A DNA stretch of 64,000 bases from a virus. The translations under genes and the position numbers were made by a program. The stretch lies in IMG/VR virus record IMGVR_UViG_3300045988_068596; one strand, written 5' to 3'. Positions 8,845-18,500 of the stretch are shown here, piece after piece (positions within the stretch are counted from its first letter, which is position 1; every line of letters starts with the position of its first letter). The notes under the pieces were generated by a model. The model had not been told where the DNA came from and did not search any database. It worked only from the letters and a program-made list of their open reading frames with translations.

Positions 8845-10089
8845 CTATTTCGCTTTAAAATTATATACAGGTTTGACAATCTTTTGAATATCTACTGTAT
8901 CTTTGATGATTTCTTTGATTTCGTCAGCATTCTTGTATGCTTTTGGTGCTTCGTCTAGTGTACTTTGAACAACAGATGTTGTATAGATACCAGACATTGT
9001 TTGTTTAAACTCATCTAAGTCAAGCAGTTCTTTTGCTTTAGAACGAGACAATACACGCCCTGCTCCATGAGGTGCAGAATTATTCCAATCAGTGTTTCCT
9101 TTTCCTACACCAATGATAGAGCCTTCTTTCATGTTTAAAGGAATAACAAGTCTAACACCCTCCTGTGCATCTGTGGCACCTTTACGAATAGTGTTGGAGG
9201 CTACATCAATATAATTATGAATAGAGTCAAATGAGTCAACTACAGTCCAACCCATATTAGAAACAATCTTATCAATGATAGTTTTACGATTCATGTAAGC
9301 ATAACGTTGTGCTAGTTGCATATCATTTAAATAGTCATCCACTGCGGAACCTTCTAAGTATGGCAATTGTGGTTTAACATTGACAGCTTTAAAATTCTTA
9401 ATAGCCTCTTGGATTTCTGCCTGTCTGCCTTCTTGCTTAAGTGTCTCAATCATAGTTGCTAAACCTTTGTCATCACGTTCATGGTATAAATCCGCTTTCT
9501 TCTGGTGATATTGGGCTACTTTAAGTCCTAAAGAACGGGAACCTGTATGAACTAACAAGTAGTAATTGTTTTCGTCATCTTTACTTAATTCGATAAAATG
9601 GTTTCCACCACCTAAAGTACCTAAAGATAAGGTAACACGTTCAATAAATGGTTCTTCTGTTGCACCTTTAAACGTCATAGATTCTAACATGTGCTTAATC
9701 GTATTCGGTACAGTAGGATGAAGTTCGTCCAAATTTTCTCTAATGTTAAACCCAGAAGGAACCACTTTGTTAATCACTGCGTCCAATTTAGCCCATTCGG
9801 TATCTGTCGTGTCTTCTGGCTTCTCAATTTGAGCTACCATAATACCACAACCTACATCTACACCAACAATAGAGGGTACAACTCGTTTAATACCGTCTGG
9901 ATAATGAATCGTTGTACCAACTGTAGAGCCTTTACCATAATGTGCATCTGGCATAATTCTAACAATGCCACCGTCTGTTACCGGTTCATTAATCATTGTT
10001 GTAACCTGACCGATAGTGCCTTCATCGACTGTATTAATAAACATTTTCGCATCAGTATACTTACCGTTAAGTTCAATTAAGTTATTCAT
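8845..10089 (-). CDS. rtcB: RNA-splicing ligase RtcB
   Basis: 414 aa; the motifs MPDAHYGKGSTVG and GVDVGCGM and the C-terminal NSAPHGAGR match RtcB family signatures. Confidence 0.85.
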   Translation of the reverse strand: MNNLIELNGKYTDAKMFINTVDEGTIGQVTTMINEPVTDGGIVRIMPDAHYGKGSTVGTTIHYPDGIKRVVPSIVGVDVGCGIMVAQIEKPEDTTDTEWAKLDAVINKVVPSGFNIRENLDELHPTVPNTIKHMLESMTFKGATEEPFIERVTLSLGTLGGGNHFIELSKDDENNYYLLVHTGSRSLGLKVAQYHQKKADLYHERDDKGLATMIETLKQEGRQAEIQEAIKNFKAVNVKPQLPYLEGSAVDDYLNDMQLAQRYAYMNRKTIIDKIVSNMGWTVVDSFDSIHNYIDVASNTIRKGATDAQEGVRLVIPLNMKEGSIIGVGKGNTDWNNSAPHGAGRVLSRSKAKELLDLDEFKQTMSGIYTTSVVQSTLDEAPKAYKNADEIKEIIKDTVDIQKIVKPVYNFKAK

Positions 10090-10270
10090 CAGTTTTCTCC
10101 CCCACTAATACTTTCTTCATCTTTTCATCTAGTCTCTGTATAATCTCTTGTTGTTCCTGAGCTAGCTTTGCATGGTGTTCACGCTGTTTTTTATACTTAG
10201 CATAAGCAAATAGTTCTTCTGTAGTTAGTTCTTCTAATTTACGTGTAAATGGTGTAGCTTCAAATTCCAT
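10082..10270 (-). CDS. hypothetical small protein
   Basis: ORF. Confidence 0.4.
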   Translation of the reverse strand: MEFEATPFTRKLEELTTEELFAYAKYKKQREHHAKLAQEQQEIIQRLDEKMKKVLVGEKTDE

Positions 10271-10358
10271 TACAAGTACCTCCTTGTTTTTTATACTTAA
10301 AGTATATCATGTAAGATAAAAAGAAGCAAGCAGTTTTTACACTACTTGCTATATTTTT

Positions 10359-11099
10359 TTAAACAAATTCTTCTCTTACTTCTCCCCAACTTTGGTCTGG
10401 GTCTGGTAAGCTAAAAGGTAGTTTCTCCTGTTCTTCCTTAGATAAGCCCTGATAACATTTCTCATGTACTGCAATGGTTCCAGAACTACCCTGAGCAACG
10501 GGTAACGCACTAATCAATTCCCCCATAGCTTCCCTAAACTTTTTATAGTCTTCGTCATCAGCGTTATCGACTAGGACATACACATCGCATTCTGCTTTAC
10601 GTGCATTTGCAATGTTTTCCTCACTAGGAGCATCATAGAAATTTTTTCTTTGTAATTCAAGATACTTAACTGCTTTAATTAGTCTTTTAGCATAGTTTTT
10701 AGCTATCGGGTCAACATCAATACCATTTTGTAAATATTCTACTAATTGATACTTCGCATCCCCTGATGAGATACCGAATAGAGATAAGCAACTTGTAGAT
10801 AAAATATCTCCACTTGGAAGTATCTTGTTAGAACCAAAATGGTGAGAATCCGCCCTACCAAACTCTGAATCACATATCTCAGAGTGGCTATTAGGGTTTG
10901 GAGCACCGTCTACTGTATAGTCTTCACCTCTATAGTCCTTATCTTCCATGACACCACCATACTCATTGTAGTGCCCTACCGTTTCTCCAATTAACTTTCC
11001 CTGTCTAACATGTTTTAACCGACAAAGTTCCCCACCATTAAAGCAGTCACCCACAATCTGTGTATTACATACTGGACAAATATAACCAAAACATCCCAT
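10359..11099 (-). CDS. hypothetical Cys-rich protein
   Basis: ORF; N-terminal CPVCNT...C...C. Confidence 0.5.
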   Translation of the reverse strand: MGCFGYICPVCNTQIVGDCFNGGELCRLKHVRQGKLIGETVGHYNEYGGVMEDKDYRGEDYTVDGAPNPNSHSEICDSEFGRADSHHFGSNKILPSGDILSTSCLSLFGISSGDAKYQLVEYLQNGIDVDPIAKNYAKRLIKAVKYLELQRKNFYDAPSEENIANARKAECDVYVLVDNADDEDYKKFREAMGELISALPVAQGSSGTIAVHEKCYQGLSKEEQEKLPFSLPDPDQSWGEVREEFV

Positions 11100-11311
11100 T
11101 AGTTCTCTCCTCCTTTTTCACTTGGGTCTACAAACGGAATATCTATTGCACCAACCGCTTCATAGTAAGGGACAACCCGATATAGCGTTCCCGGACGATG
11201 CTTACTAGAATTTTTCATAGCACCTTCTGCTCTACCTTTTGTCGTATGCACCCCTTTTACAATAATTTCACCGGTAACTCTATGTTTCATTTCTAATACA
11301 TATAATGGCAT
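11099..11311 (-). CDS. hypothetical protein
   Basis: ORF. Confidence 0.45.
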   Translation of the reverse strand: MPLYVLEMKHRVTGEIIVKGVHTTKGRAEGAMKNSSKHRPGTLYRVVPYYEAVGAIDIPFVDPSEKGGEN

Positions 11312-11312
11312 C

Positions 11313-12053
11313 TTACATTCCCCCTACAAGTTGGATACCTTCGTTTTTAAAGGATACTTCTCTAGCTTTTTCTATTTGTTCTAGTATACGCACAGCTTGT
11401 GAAGCACCACCAAAGCCATTGTTGATATTCACAACAGAAATACCAGAAGTGCAACTAGTTAGTGCAGTATTTAACGCTGTGTAACCATCTGCTGAAATAC
11501 CGTAACCTGTTGAAGTTGGTACAGCAATAATAGGTAAATCAATTAAACCTGCAAGTACTACAGGTAGTGCTCCCTCAAAGCCTTGTACAGATACTACCGC
11601 ATTACTCTTTGTAATAGCATCTGTAGAAGCCATTAGTTTTTTCAAGTCATTTACACCAATATCATGAAACGACACAGGGACATATCCATTTAAAAGTACG
11701 GTTAAATAAGCTTCGTCTACGGTGTCTCTATCAGCTACACCCGCAGATGTAATTGCCACAGATAGGTCACTCTCTGTAGGGTTTGCACGATAAAACGCTG
11801 TCTGACTAGACTTGCAATACACAAAAGGGCTTCCCTCTCCCCAATTATCTACCCAATCTGGTTCCTCAAGTTCCTCTGCTTTTTCTATAATTTCCCCCCA
11901 AGAGAGAACCTGTGATGTTTCAAAAGGTAGTGCGTAGAACACGTCTAAAGGTAATTTTGTTACCATGATATTTGTATCTGCGGGTATCTCTGCAATCTGA
12001 CTGGCTAGTTCCTGTGCAGTTTTATTTCCACCAAATAGTGTACGTAATTTCAT
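11313..12053 (-). CDS. LarB-like / PurE-family enzyme (homolog of the pyridinium-3,5-biscarboxylic acid mononucleotide synthase)
   Basis: 246 aa; the C-terminal block FEGALPVVLAGLIDLPIIAVPTSTGYG...VVNINNGFGGA closely resembles the LarB/PurE-like fold motif GMEGALPSVV..PVIAVPTSVGYG..VVNIDNGFGAA. Confidence 0.6.
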   Translation of the reverse strand: MKLRTLFGGNKTAQELASQIAEIPADTNIMVTKLPLDVFYALPFETSQVLSWGEIIEKAEELEEPDWVDNWGEGSPFVYCKSSQTAFYRANPTESDLSVAITSAGVADRDTVDEAYLTVLLNGYVPVSFHDIGVNDLKKLMASTDAITKSNAVVSVQGFEGALPVVLAGLIDLPIIAVPTSTGYGISADGYTALNTALTSCTSGISVVNINNGFGGASQAVRILEQIEKAREVSFKNEGIQLVGGM

Positions 12054-12295
12054 TAGTTAATCTCCTCTAAAAATTTAGTTTTGTCTACTGGTTCTATCGT
12101 TCCATCTTCCTCGATTCCTTGAACTTTGAATAGTAAGAACTCTGGCATCGCACAGACAACAGCAGGGTCATATGCTGTTTCCGGGTCACATGCCATCTCA
12201 AACATGTTAGTGTCTTTGTTATAGAAAAAACATAAGTCCCCGATTCTTTCATCTGGGTATAAAAAGTCAGCAATGTAAAAAGCCATGTATTTCAT
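12053..12295 (-). CDS. hypothetical protein
   Basis: ORF. Confidence 0.45.
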   Translation of the reverse strand: MKYMAFYIADFLYPDERIGDLCFFYNKDTNMFEMACDPETAYDPAVVCAMPEFLLFKVQGIEEDGTIEPVDKTKFLEEIN

Positions 12296-12296
12296 A

Positions 12297-12665
12297 CTAG
12301 TTCCCTCCTGTTATTTTATTGTATAGTTTAGTAAGAAATCCAATCTTTTTATTGCTAGGTTCAGTTATCAACCATGTTATTGTTAGTGATTTAATTCGTG
12401 GAGCCAAAGCATTTTGCAGATAAGTTACATAGTCATTCTCTTGGACAGATACTGAATAGCCCTTTCCTATTAAAAATCGGTTAACTGCCTCTACCTCCTG
12501 CTTGTTAATATTAATGTCAGAGATAACACACCAGTATTGCCCTAGCTCCACTGCTTCCTTAATACTAGGTAGTACCTTATTTTTAATAAAGTCTACGGAA
12601 TTTTGGACTAACATTTCCTGTTCTTTTTCAACAGTCTTATTATAAACCTCCTCTGCTGACATCAT
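12297..12665 (-). CDS. hypothetical protein
   Basis: ORF. Confidence 0.45.
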   Translation of the reverse strand: MMSAEEVYNKTVEKEQEMLVQNSVDFIKNKVLPSIKEAVELGQYWCVISDININKQEVEAVNRFLIGKGYSVSVQENDYVTYLQNALAPRIKSLTITWLITEPSNKKIGFLTKLYNKITGGN

Positions 12666-13516
12666 TATGCACCAACTCCAATTTCTTCATCTAGCTTTAA
12701 GGATTTAATCTTATTACTAAACATGTTAGCTTGCTCATTATAATGTAAAGCTAACAACATCTTAATGTTATTTTCAAACTCAGATGCTTTTGAATCCACA
12801 TATGCTTCCCGCACTAGTGAATACATTGTGATGTTATCCTTACAGAATGCCCAAAGAGGCGTATCCAACTCACTTTTTAGCACACGAGTTTTAAACAGAT
12901 AGTCTGGCTCTTTGCTACGGTTCTCAATTTGCTTTTCTGTAATTTTCAAGTCTTCTTCTCGGATTTTCATTACACGAGTGGTACATGTAAAGTCTCCTTC
13001 GGTTACTTCCGATGGTCTAACATCTACTCGTACACCAACTAAATATAAAGAATCCTCTCTTGAAATGTATACAGGTTCTATGTCCACAATCTTAGTGAAT
13101 GGGCACTCGTAACCATTCTTAGCAAACCAATCTGTAATTAAGGACTGTAACTCATCTTGCTTATCTTCTGGAATTTCATCTGTTAGGTAGTAGTCCTCTG
13201 CAACTTCCCCAACTTCTTCATAGACCATCTCTTGTGTACGTTCCAAGAATGAATCAACATCTACAGGGAGATAAACCGGAGCCACTCTTCCAACTACAAA
13301 ACTGTTGATTGGTTCTTCTGGTAGAAATCCTAAAATATCCTCTACGTGTTCCCAGATTTCCTCTACAAAAGTTTTCCCATTTCTAACGGCATCTACGGCT
13401 AGTTTACCTGCATGAATAGCCTCTTCCTTGGTATCGAAATAAGCACAAGCTCTCCAAACTTCTACATCTGTATCACTTGCACACATCCATTTTCCTACTA
13501 AAGACTCATTACTCAT
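12665..13516 (-). CDS. hypothetical protein (283 aa)
   Basis: ORF. Confidence 0.5.
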   Translation of the reverse strand: MSNESLVGKWMCASDTDVEVWRACAYFDTKEEAIHAGKLAVDAVRNGKTFVEEIWEHVEDILGFLPEEPINSFVVGRVAPVYLPVDVDSFLERTQEMVYEEVGEVAEDYYLTDEIPEDKQDELQSLITDWFAKNGYECPFTKIVDIEPVYISREDSLYLVGVRVDVRPSEVTEGDFTCTTRVMKIREEDLKITEKQIENRSKEPDYLFKTRVLKSELDTPLWAFCKDNITMYSLVREAYVDSKASEFENNIKMLLALHYNEQANMFSNKIKSLKLDEEIGVGA

Positions 13517-13827
13517 TTTTTCTTTCCTCCCATTTTATCCTTATCTAGACCCCATATATGTGCCCATTTACGACAAAAGTGTTTATCATAATCTAAGTCC
13601 ATACCGGTAGCACCTTCGAAGTCTTTAAACTCTTCATAAAATTCCGATTCTTTAAACTCATCCCACTTTTTCAATTCAACCATCCTATACATAAGTTGGT
13701 CAAATTGATAGTCTGGTATTTTAATTGCATCTAATTCATAATACAGATAACTGTGTAGTAGTAAAGCACGCTCTGTCATATTTATAAAGGACAGGTTATC
13801 TAGTATAGTATTATTTACAACGGTCAC
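13513..13827 (-). CDS. hypothetical protein
   Basis: ORF. Confidence 0.45.
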   Translation of the reverse strand: MTVVNNTILDNLSFINMTERALLLHSYLYYELDAIKIPDYQFDQLMYRMVELKKWDEFKESEFYEEFKDFEGATGMDLDYDKHFCRKWAHIWGLDKDKMGGKKK

Positions 13828-13830
13828 TTG

Positions 13831-14109
13831 TTACTCCCCCGGAATTGAAATTATTACTTCTATATCTAACACAGCCATAATCTTAAACAAGGATGGTAAG
13901 CTAATTACAGTTAACCCGTTTTCATATGTAGAAATGGCTTTTTGTGTAATGCCTGCCTTTGTAGCTAATGCACGTTGAGATAGACCTTGTTCTTCTCGTG
14001 CACTATGAATATATCCTCGTAATGTATCAGATAAGGCACGTGTGTATTCTTCTGTATCATCCTTATTAACACCCAGTTCAGCAACTGTTTCGGTTAAATT
14101 GATTTTCAT
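13831..14109 (-). CDS. HTH XRE-family DNA-binding protein
   Basis: LSQRALATKAGITQKAISTYENG helix-turn-helix; start MKINL after GGGGGAGAA RBS. Confidence 0.55.
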   Translation of the reverse strand: MKINLTETVAELGVNKDDTEEYTRALSDTLRGYIHSAREEQGLSQRALATKAGITQKAISTYENGLTVISLPSLFKIMAVLDIEVIISIPGE

Positions 14110-14198
14110 GTTTTCTCCCCCTTGCCTTTCTATACTCATAGTATATCAGATACCTTTCAGTACGTCAACAACTTTAAATAAAAAAATCCTAGTATTTA

Positions 14199-14540
14199 CT
14201 AGGATTTTTTCTCTCTTTGTATTGCATCTGCAAGCATCTCACTAAAGCAGGTTCCTCCATTATAGAAAGTAAACAAAAAGTTATACATGTCTGGCTCACC
14301 TTCCACAGGAGTAAGCACGGACACTTCATCATTATCTAAAATAGTTTGTTCGACCGCATGATAAAGGTCATCCCCTACTTTGACATAGCTATCGTAATTC
14401 TCTGCTAAAAACCATTCCATGTCACTATCATAGTAACTAGGTCGTTCTTCTCTACTTTGTGTAAATAAGCTAACTGCTTTATACTGTTCTGCCTCTGTAA
14501 GCTTACGTACCTTACCTACACGTGTTTCCATTTCTGACAT
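14199..14540 (-). CDS. hypothetical protein
   Basis: ORF. Confidence 0.45.
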   Translation of the reverse strand: MSEMETRVGKVRKLTEAEQYKAVSLFTQSREERPSYYDSDMEWFLAENYDSYVKVGDDLYHAVEQTILDNDEVSVLTPVEGEPDMYNFLFTFYNGGTCFSEMLADAIQREKKS

Positions 14541-14552
14541 TATATTCGCTCC

Positions 14553-14783
14553 TTAAATATGGTCTTCATCTTTAAATGTTTCATAAGAATAGTGCACCTG
14601 CGTTCTAACATAAAAGACCTTATTACAGCTTGGACAAGTTGTTTCCCAAATTGCCCCCTCCTCCACATTCTCTGAGCTATAGATTCCAGAGTGATACAGG
14701 TCTTCCTCGTCTTTCATAGTTTCCTTACAAAATGGGCAAGTAGGGTATAATTCCTTCTCTTCTATAATGTATCCTTTATACAT
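14553..14783 (-). CDS. zinc-ribbon protein
   Basis: CPFC...CPSC. Confidence 0.45.
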   Translation of the reverse strand: MYKGYIIEEKELYPTCPFCKETMKDEEDLYHSGIYSSENVEEGAIWETTCPSCNKVFYVRTQVHYSYETFKDEDHI

Positions 14784-14794
14784 AGGGACTCCTC

Positions 14795-15091
14795 CTACTT
14801 AAACGCTTCGTCTAAATCAAGTTCACGTTTTGCGATTTCAGTGATTTCTTCAATGGCTTCTTGGTATTCTCGGATAGTTGTAATCTCTTTACAATTTCCT
14901 CCTAAGACCCAATGACGTTGAATCATGTGTAAAGCTTTTGTAAGGTTCGTTTGGTAACCGATAAGCGCAACATTCTCGTTTCCTTTTTTGTCGTAAGTGA
15001 TTTCTCCTTTGTCGTTACGAACTACACGTTTTACAGTTACGTTGTCTGCATCGCTAGTAATGCGATAGTCTAGTACTTTCATGTTTAACAT
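14795..15091 (-). CDS. hypothetical protein
   Basis: ORF. Confidence 0.45.
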   Translation of the reverse strand: MLNMKVLDYRITSDADNVTVKRVVRNDKGEITYDKKGNENVALIGYQTNLTKALHMIQRHWVLGGNCKEITTIREYQEAIEEITEIAKRELDLDEAFK

Positions 15092-15561
15092 TATTTGTCT
15101 CTTCCTTTCATTCGTTGGTTTCCTGTACGAGGTTTAAATTTACGTGGTAAAACACGGGTATTGCGTTTAGCTTCATTATATTTACGTTTAAGCCGAACCT
15201 TTCTGTCTGACTGATGTTCAAACATGTCTGCAAGAGCGGAGCAGTAATCAATCTCTGCACGTACTTTTTCTCCCACATATCTTTCTAAATAGAATACATC
15301 AAGAGCTACTTTACTATAGTCAATGTCATATTGACTAATAGTAACAATGCGCTCAACTGTGTATCTATCACAAATAGAGAATCGTAAGTAAATTATTAAC
15401 TGGTCAAATCTTAAGTCATAATAGAGTGGTTTAAGATAGTCCAACTTAATACGGTTATCTATTTCGTATAGGTGTTCTTTTGTATAGTCTAACAGAGCAA
15501 TAATTCGATTGTCTGTTTCATTCATTTCTAACGTCATACCTTCGTCCTTTCCGGTGTGCAT
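15091..15561 (-). CDS. hypothetical protein
   Basis: ORF. Confidence 0.45.
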   Translation of the reverse strand: MHTGKDEGMTLEMNETDNRIIALLDYTKEHLYEIDNRIKLDYLKPLYYDLRFDQLIIYLRFSICDRYTVERIVTISQYDIDYSKVALDVFYLERYVGEKVRAEIDYCSALADMFEHQSDRKVRLKRKYNEAKRNTRVLPRKFKPRTGNQRMKGRDK

Positions 15562-15619
15562 TAATAGAGTCTACGGTTACATGTCTTAGCTGAAAGCTTA
15601 CTTAGTTAGACTCGGATAA

Positions 15620-15678
15620 AAGCCTCTTACCTAGACCTGTCCGCTAACAGCGGAGGACATTATCTAGGTAAGGGCTAA
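15620..15678 (-). terminator. intrinsic terminator (nested 10-bp hairpin plus GCTTTTAT)
   Basis: CTTACCTAGA...CCGCTGTTAGCGG...TCTAGGTAAG followed on the minus strand by AGGCTTTTATCC. Confidence 0.5.
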
Positions 15679-15725
15679 GGATAAACACACCCTATACATA
15701 CCGTTAATGTGACACGCCCGGTTCG

Positions 15726-16124
15726 TTACTGTCTTAAAATAAGGTCTGTTGGTAGTACTGAGTAGCGTTTTTCATCCACTAGGTTTAACCCATCTTTGCC
15801 GAGAACTGCCACTACAAGTTTGTCTTCATCGTATCCTGTAACTACCAAGTTAGCCCCCATTAGTTGTTCATTTCTTGCATAAAGTCCTGCCGGTGAATAG
15901 AGAACCCAATCCCCAATGTTATATACCCCTTTAAGATACTTACCACACATTGGGCAGTACTTAATAAATGTTCTAGCCTCTGCGGTCATTGTCGTACGAA
16001 CATTCCCATAACTATGAAAACTAAACTGTGCACGCAGTACATTATGGTCTACGCCTATACCAATACCGCCTGATTCGTCCTCTAAATTATAAAGTAATTC
16101 TCCACCCTCACACCAATTACACAT
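15726..16124 (-). CDS. zinc-finger protein
   Basis: CNWC...CPMCG motifs. Confidence 0.4.
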   Translation of the reverse strand: MCNWCEGGELLYNLEDESGGIGIGVDHNVLRAQFSFHSYGNVRTTMTAEARTFIKYCPMCGKYLKGVYNIGDWVLYSPAGLYARNEQLMGANLVVTGYDEDKLVVAVLGKDGLNLVDEKRYSVLPTDLILRQ

Positions 16125-16380
16125 GTTGCTCCTCCTTCGCTTTTTGGATTTCACTTTGTAAAAAATTAATGTACCTTGGATTTTCTATATTAAACATATC
16201 CTGAACATATACGGCTCCTAGTTCTCTACGATACGCATAGTCCACACCAATACGTCTATAGAACTCATGGTTAACATGATACATAAACTGATGGAATCTT
16301 GTATGTTGTCCTCTTAAATCATACAGCTCCTGTAATAGGTCACAGATTTGTACAAATTCTTCCTTTGTTCCACTTGCCAT
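16117..16380 (-). CDS. hypothetical protein
   Basis: ORF with AGGAGGAGA RBS. Confidence 0.45.
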   Translation of the reverse strand: MASGTKEEFVQICDLLQELYDLRGQHTRFHQFMYHVNHEFYRRIGVDYAYRRELGAVYVQDMFNIENPRYINFLQSEIQKAKEEQHV

Positions 16381-16456
16381 GATTTATCTCCTCCTTACCT
16401 GTTACCTAAAGTATATCAAAACCCAGAGCATCTGTCAACACTCTGGGTATTTTTTT

Positions 16457-18097
16457 TTATTGTACAGATAATAAGGAAGCTACGTTAATGTAAGTAATCA
16501 AACCTTTTTCTACGTCCTGTACAATTGGGTACTCTGCTTTGTCTTCATACATGATGTTATCTCGTACATATAGCATCTCTGATTCAACATAACGGAAGAT
16601 AGCATCTGAACTACCTGTTGTTGCTAATCGTATCCGTTTCTTATCCGTAGGGTTTGCTATGACTGCCTGATTTTTACTTAGCTTACATAACAACTTAAAC
16701 ATTCTTGTAATGTTTTCATCTTCTAAAGCCGGAGAAGATGTTGTTTTCTTCTTCAATCGTTGTTCCATATAAATTGGAATTGCTTGTGCAGATAACTTCA
16801 TCGTAGTATCACTATTTAAGAAGTATTCTGTAGTAGTTAAAACAACCTTTGATTGTTCTAGAAACTTAAGCTGTAAATAGCATCGCAAATCATCTTCTGA
16901 GAATGATTTTTGGTATTTTGAATGGTCTGCATTTATCCATTCTACGATGCTACTTAAGAAGGTTACAGGTCTCTTACCAGAATAAGAAATACTAATATAG
17001 TCAGATGTATTTACTATCTCTTTTGCGCAAGAGATTTCATATATGGTAGCCCCCTCTAGGTCACTGTCTTCACCGATAAAAATAGTAGTTAAAAAGCTAC
17101 TTGGGACAAATCCTACATGGATAAATTCTTGGGTTTCTGGTAGATGTGACTCAATAAAACTACCTAAAAGTTCTTTCCACAAGAACTGCTCGTCCTTGAC
17201 TAGTGCTTCCTTCTTTTGAAGTTTATAGAACAAAAGGTCAAACGCAGTATACCAATCTTCGGAAATTTTTAGTTTAGTTAATTCTTCATCTACTGGAACA
17301 TCAATAGTAGCAGACGTGTCTTCCTCAACTTCCGTGCTATCTAAATCATTATCCCATAAATCAAATGTTTTACGGAGACAAAACTCTCTCCATAATGTAT
17401 CACTCGGGTCTTCTCCATATTGCAATAACATCTGCTTTCCAATTGAAGTTAATGTAACTTTACCTCGACTATTGGTGCCCTCGTTATAATCTTGAATACA
17501 CCCTTTATACCGCAAAGAAAGTAACATAGTGTTCGTTGCTTTATCTTCAATAAGTTTTAATATTTGTTTATAGCCGTACTCCATATAGAAAACAGGGAAG
17601 TTCTTTTGCTCAACAAAAGCTTCGTGCTCCACCTCTAACCCACGTTTTTGTCTTCCGAGTTTATCAATTATACGAAGCGCCTCTAATTCTCGTTCCTCAA
17701 TAGTTACAACATACTGACTGATTTTGTTTTCGTAAGCTAAAGCGGTGTTCATCTCTTGCAAAATCTGTTTAAATAAATCGTTTGCATCTTTTGCCTTCTG
17801 AGTCTTAAATGTTCTGATTGTCGTATCATAGAAACGTTCGTGACTCGAAATAGCAAACTGCCCAATGTATCGTTTACCTTTTAAATTTAAACGATTTTCG
17901 TTACGATTACCTAGAGTAAACGTTACATAGACAGACTCACTAGACTTAGAAAAATAAATATCTTGAACAACTATGCCGATAGTTTCAAGCTCGTTTATAC
18001 GTTTAGTAAAATCACTCTCATATTGTGGTCTGTTTATATTTTTGCAGTGTTTTCTATAGTGTACTGCCACAGTTTTCGATTCTTTTGCCACATCCAA
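16457..18097 (-). CDS. hypothetical large protein (546 aa)
   Basis: ORF. Confidence 0.55.
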   Translation of the reverse strand: MDVAKESKTVAVHYRKHCKNINRPQYESDFTKRINELETIGIVVQDIYFSKSSESVYVTFTLGNRNENRLNLKGKRYIGQFAISSHERFYDTTIRTFKTQKAKDANDLFKQILQEMNTALAYENKISQYVVTIEERELEALRIIDKLGRQKRGLEVEHEAFVEQKNFPVFYMEYGYKQILKLIEDKATNTMLLSLRYKGCIQDYNEGTNSRGKVTLTSIGKQMLLQYGEDPSDTLWREFCLRKTFDLWDNDLDSTEVEEDTSATIDVPVDEELTKLKISEDWYTAFDLLFYKLQKKEALVKDEQFLWKELLGSFIESHLPETQEFIHVGFVPSSFLTTIFIGEDSDLEGATIYEISCAKEIVNTSDYISISYSGKRPVTFLSSIVEWINADHSKYQKSFSEDDLRCYLQLKFLEQSKVVLTTTEYFLNSDTTMKLSAQAIPIYMEQRLKKKTTSSPALEDENITRMFKLLCKLSKNQAVIANPTDKKRIRLATTGSSDAIFRYVESEMLYVRDNIMYEDKAEYPIVQDVEKGLITYINVASLLSVQ

Positions 18098-18106
18098 TTA
18101 CCTCTC

Positions 18107-18427
18107 TTATCTTTCTTCTTTTGCAACGTATGCTTCTAATACAATAGTTCTAATCGGTGCTTCTTCATGTACTTCATCTTTTACCTTCTTAATTACACCT
18201 TCTCTTAGCAGTCCTTCTCCTAACTTATGCGAAGCTTCTAGCATTCGTAAGTTTACAAGTTCATCACTATCAAATACACTCACATCTAAGCTTACTCTGT
18301 AAGGTAATACTTGTTGGTATACACGGGTGACTGTTAGAGGTTCCCCTATAAGAGGACTCTTCCCAACTCGAGAAAATGCCCAGTTATCTAGTTTTTGGTT
18401 AAACTGCTTCTTTAATCTGTCTAACAT
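18107..18427 (-). CDS. hypothetical protein
   Basis: ORF with GGAGGTGAA RBS. Confidence 0.45.
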   Translation of the reverse strand: MLDRLKKQFNQKLDNWAFSRVGKSPLIGEPLTVTRVYQQVLPYRVSLDVSVFDSDELVNLRMLEASHKLGEGLLREGVIKKVKDEVHEEAPIRTIVLEAYVAKEER

Positions 18428-18500
18428 GTTTTCACCTCCATGTATATAGTATACATGTTAAGCCTTACAAAAGTCAACAATAAAATAAAAAAACATACAA

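Noticed and set aside
9691-10080. + strand ORF (129 aa) inside rtcB
   Set aside because: Antisense to a strongly conserved gene; no RBS.
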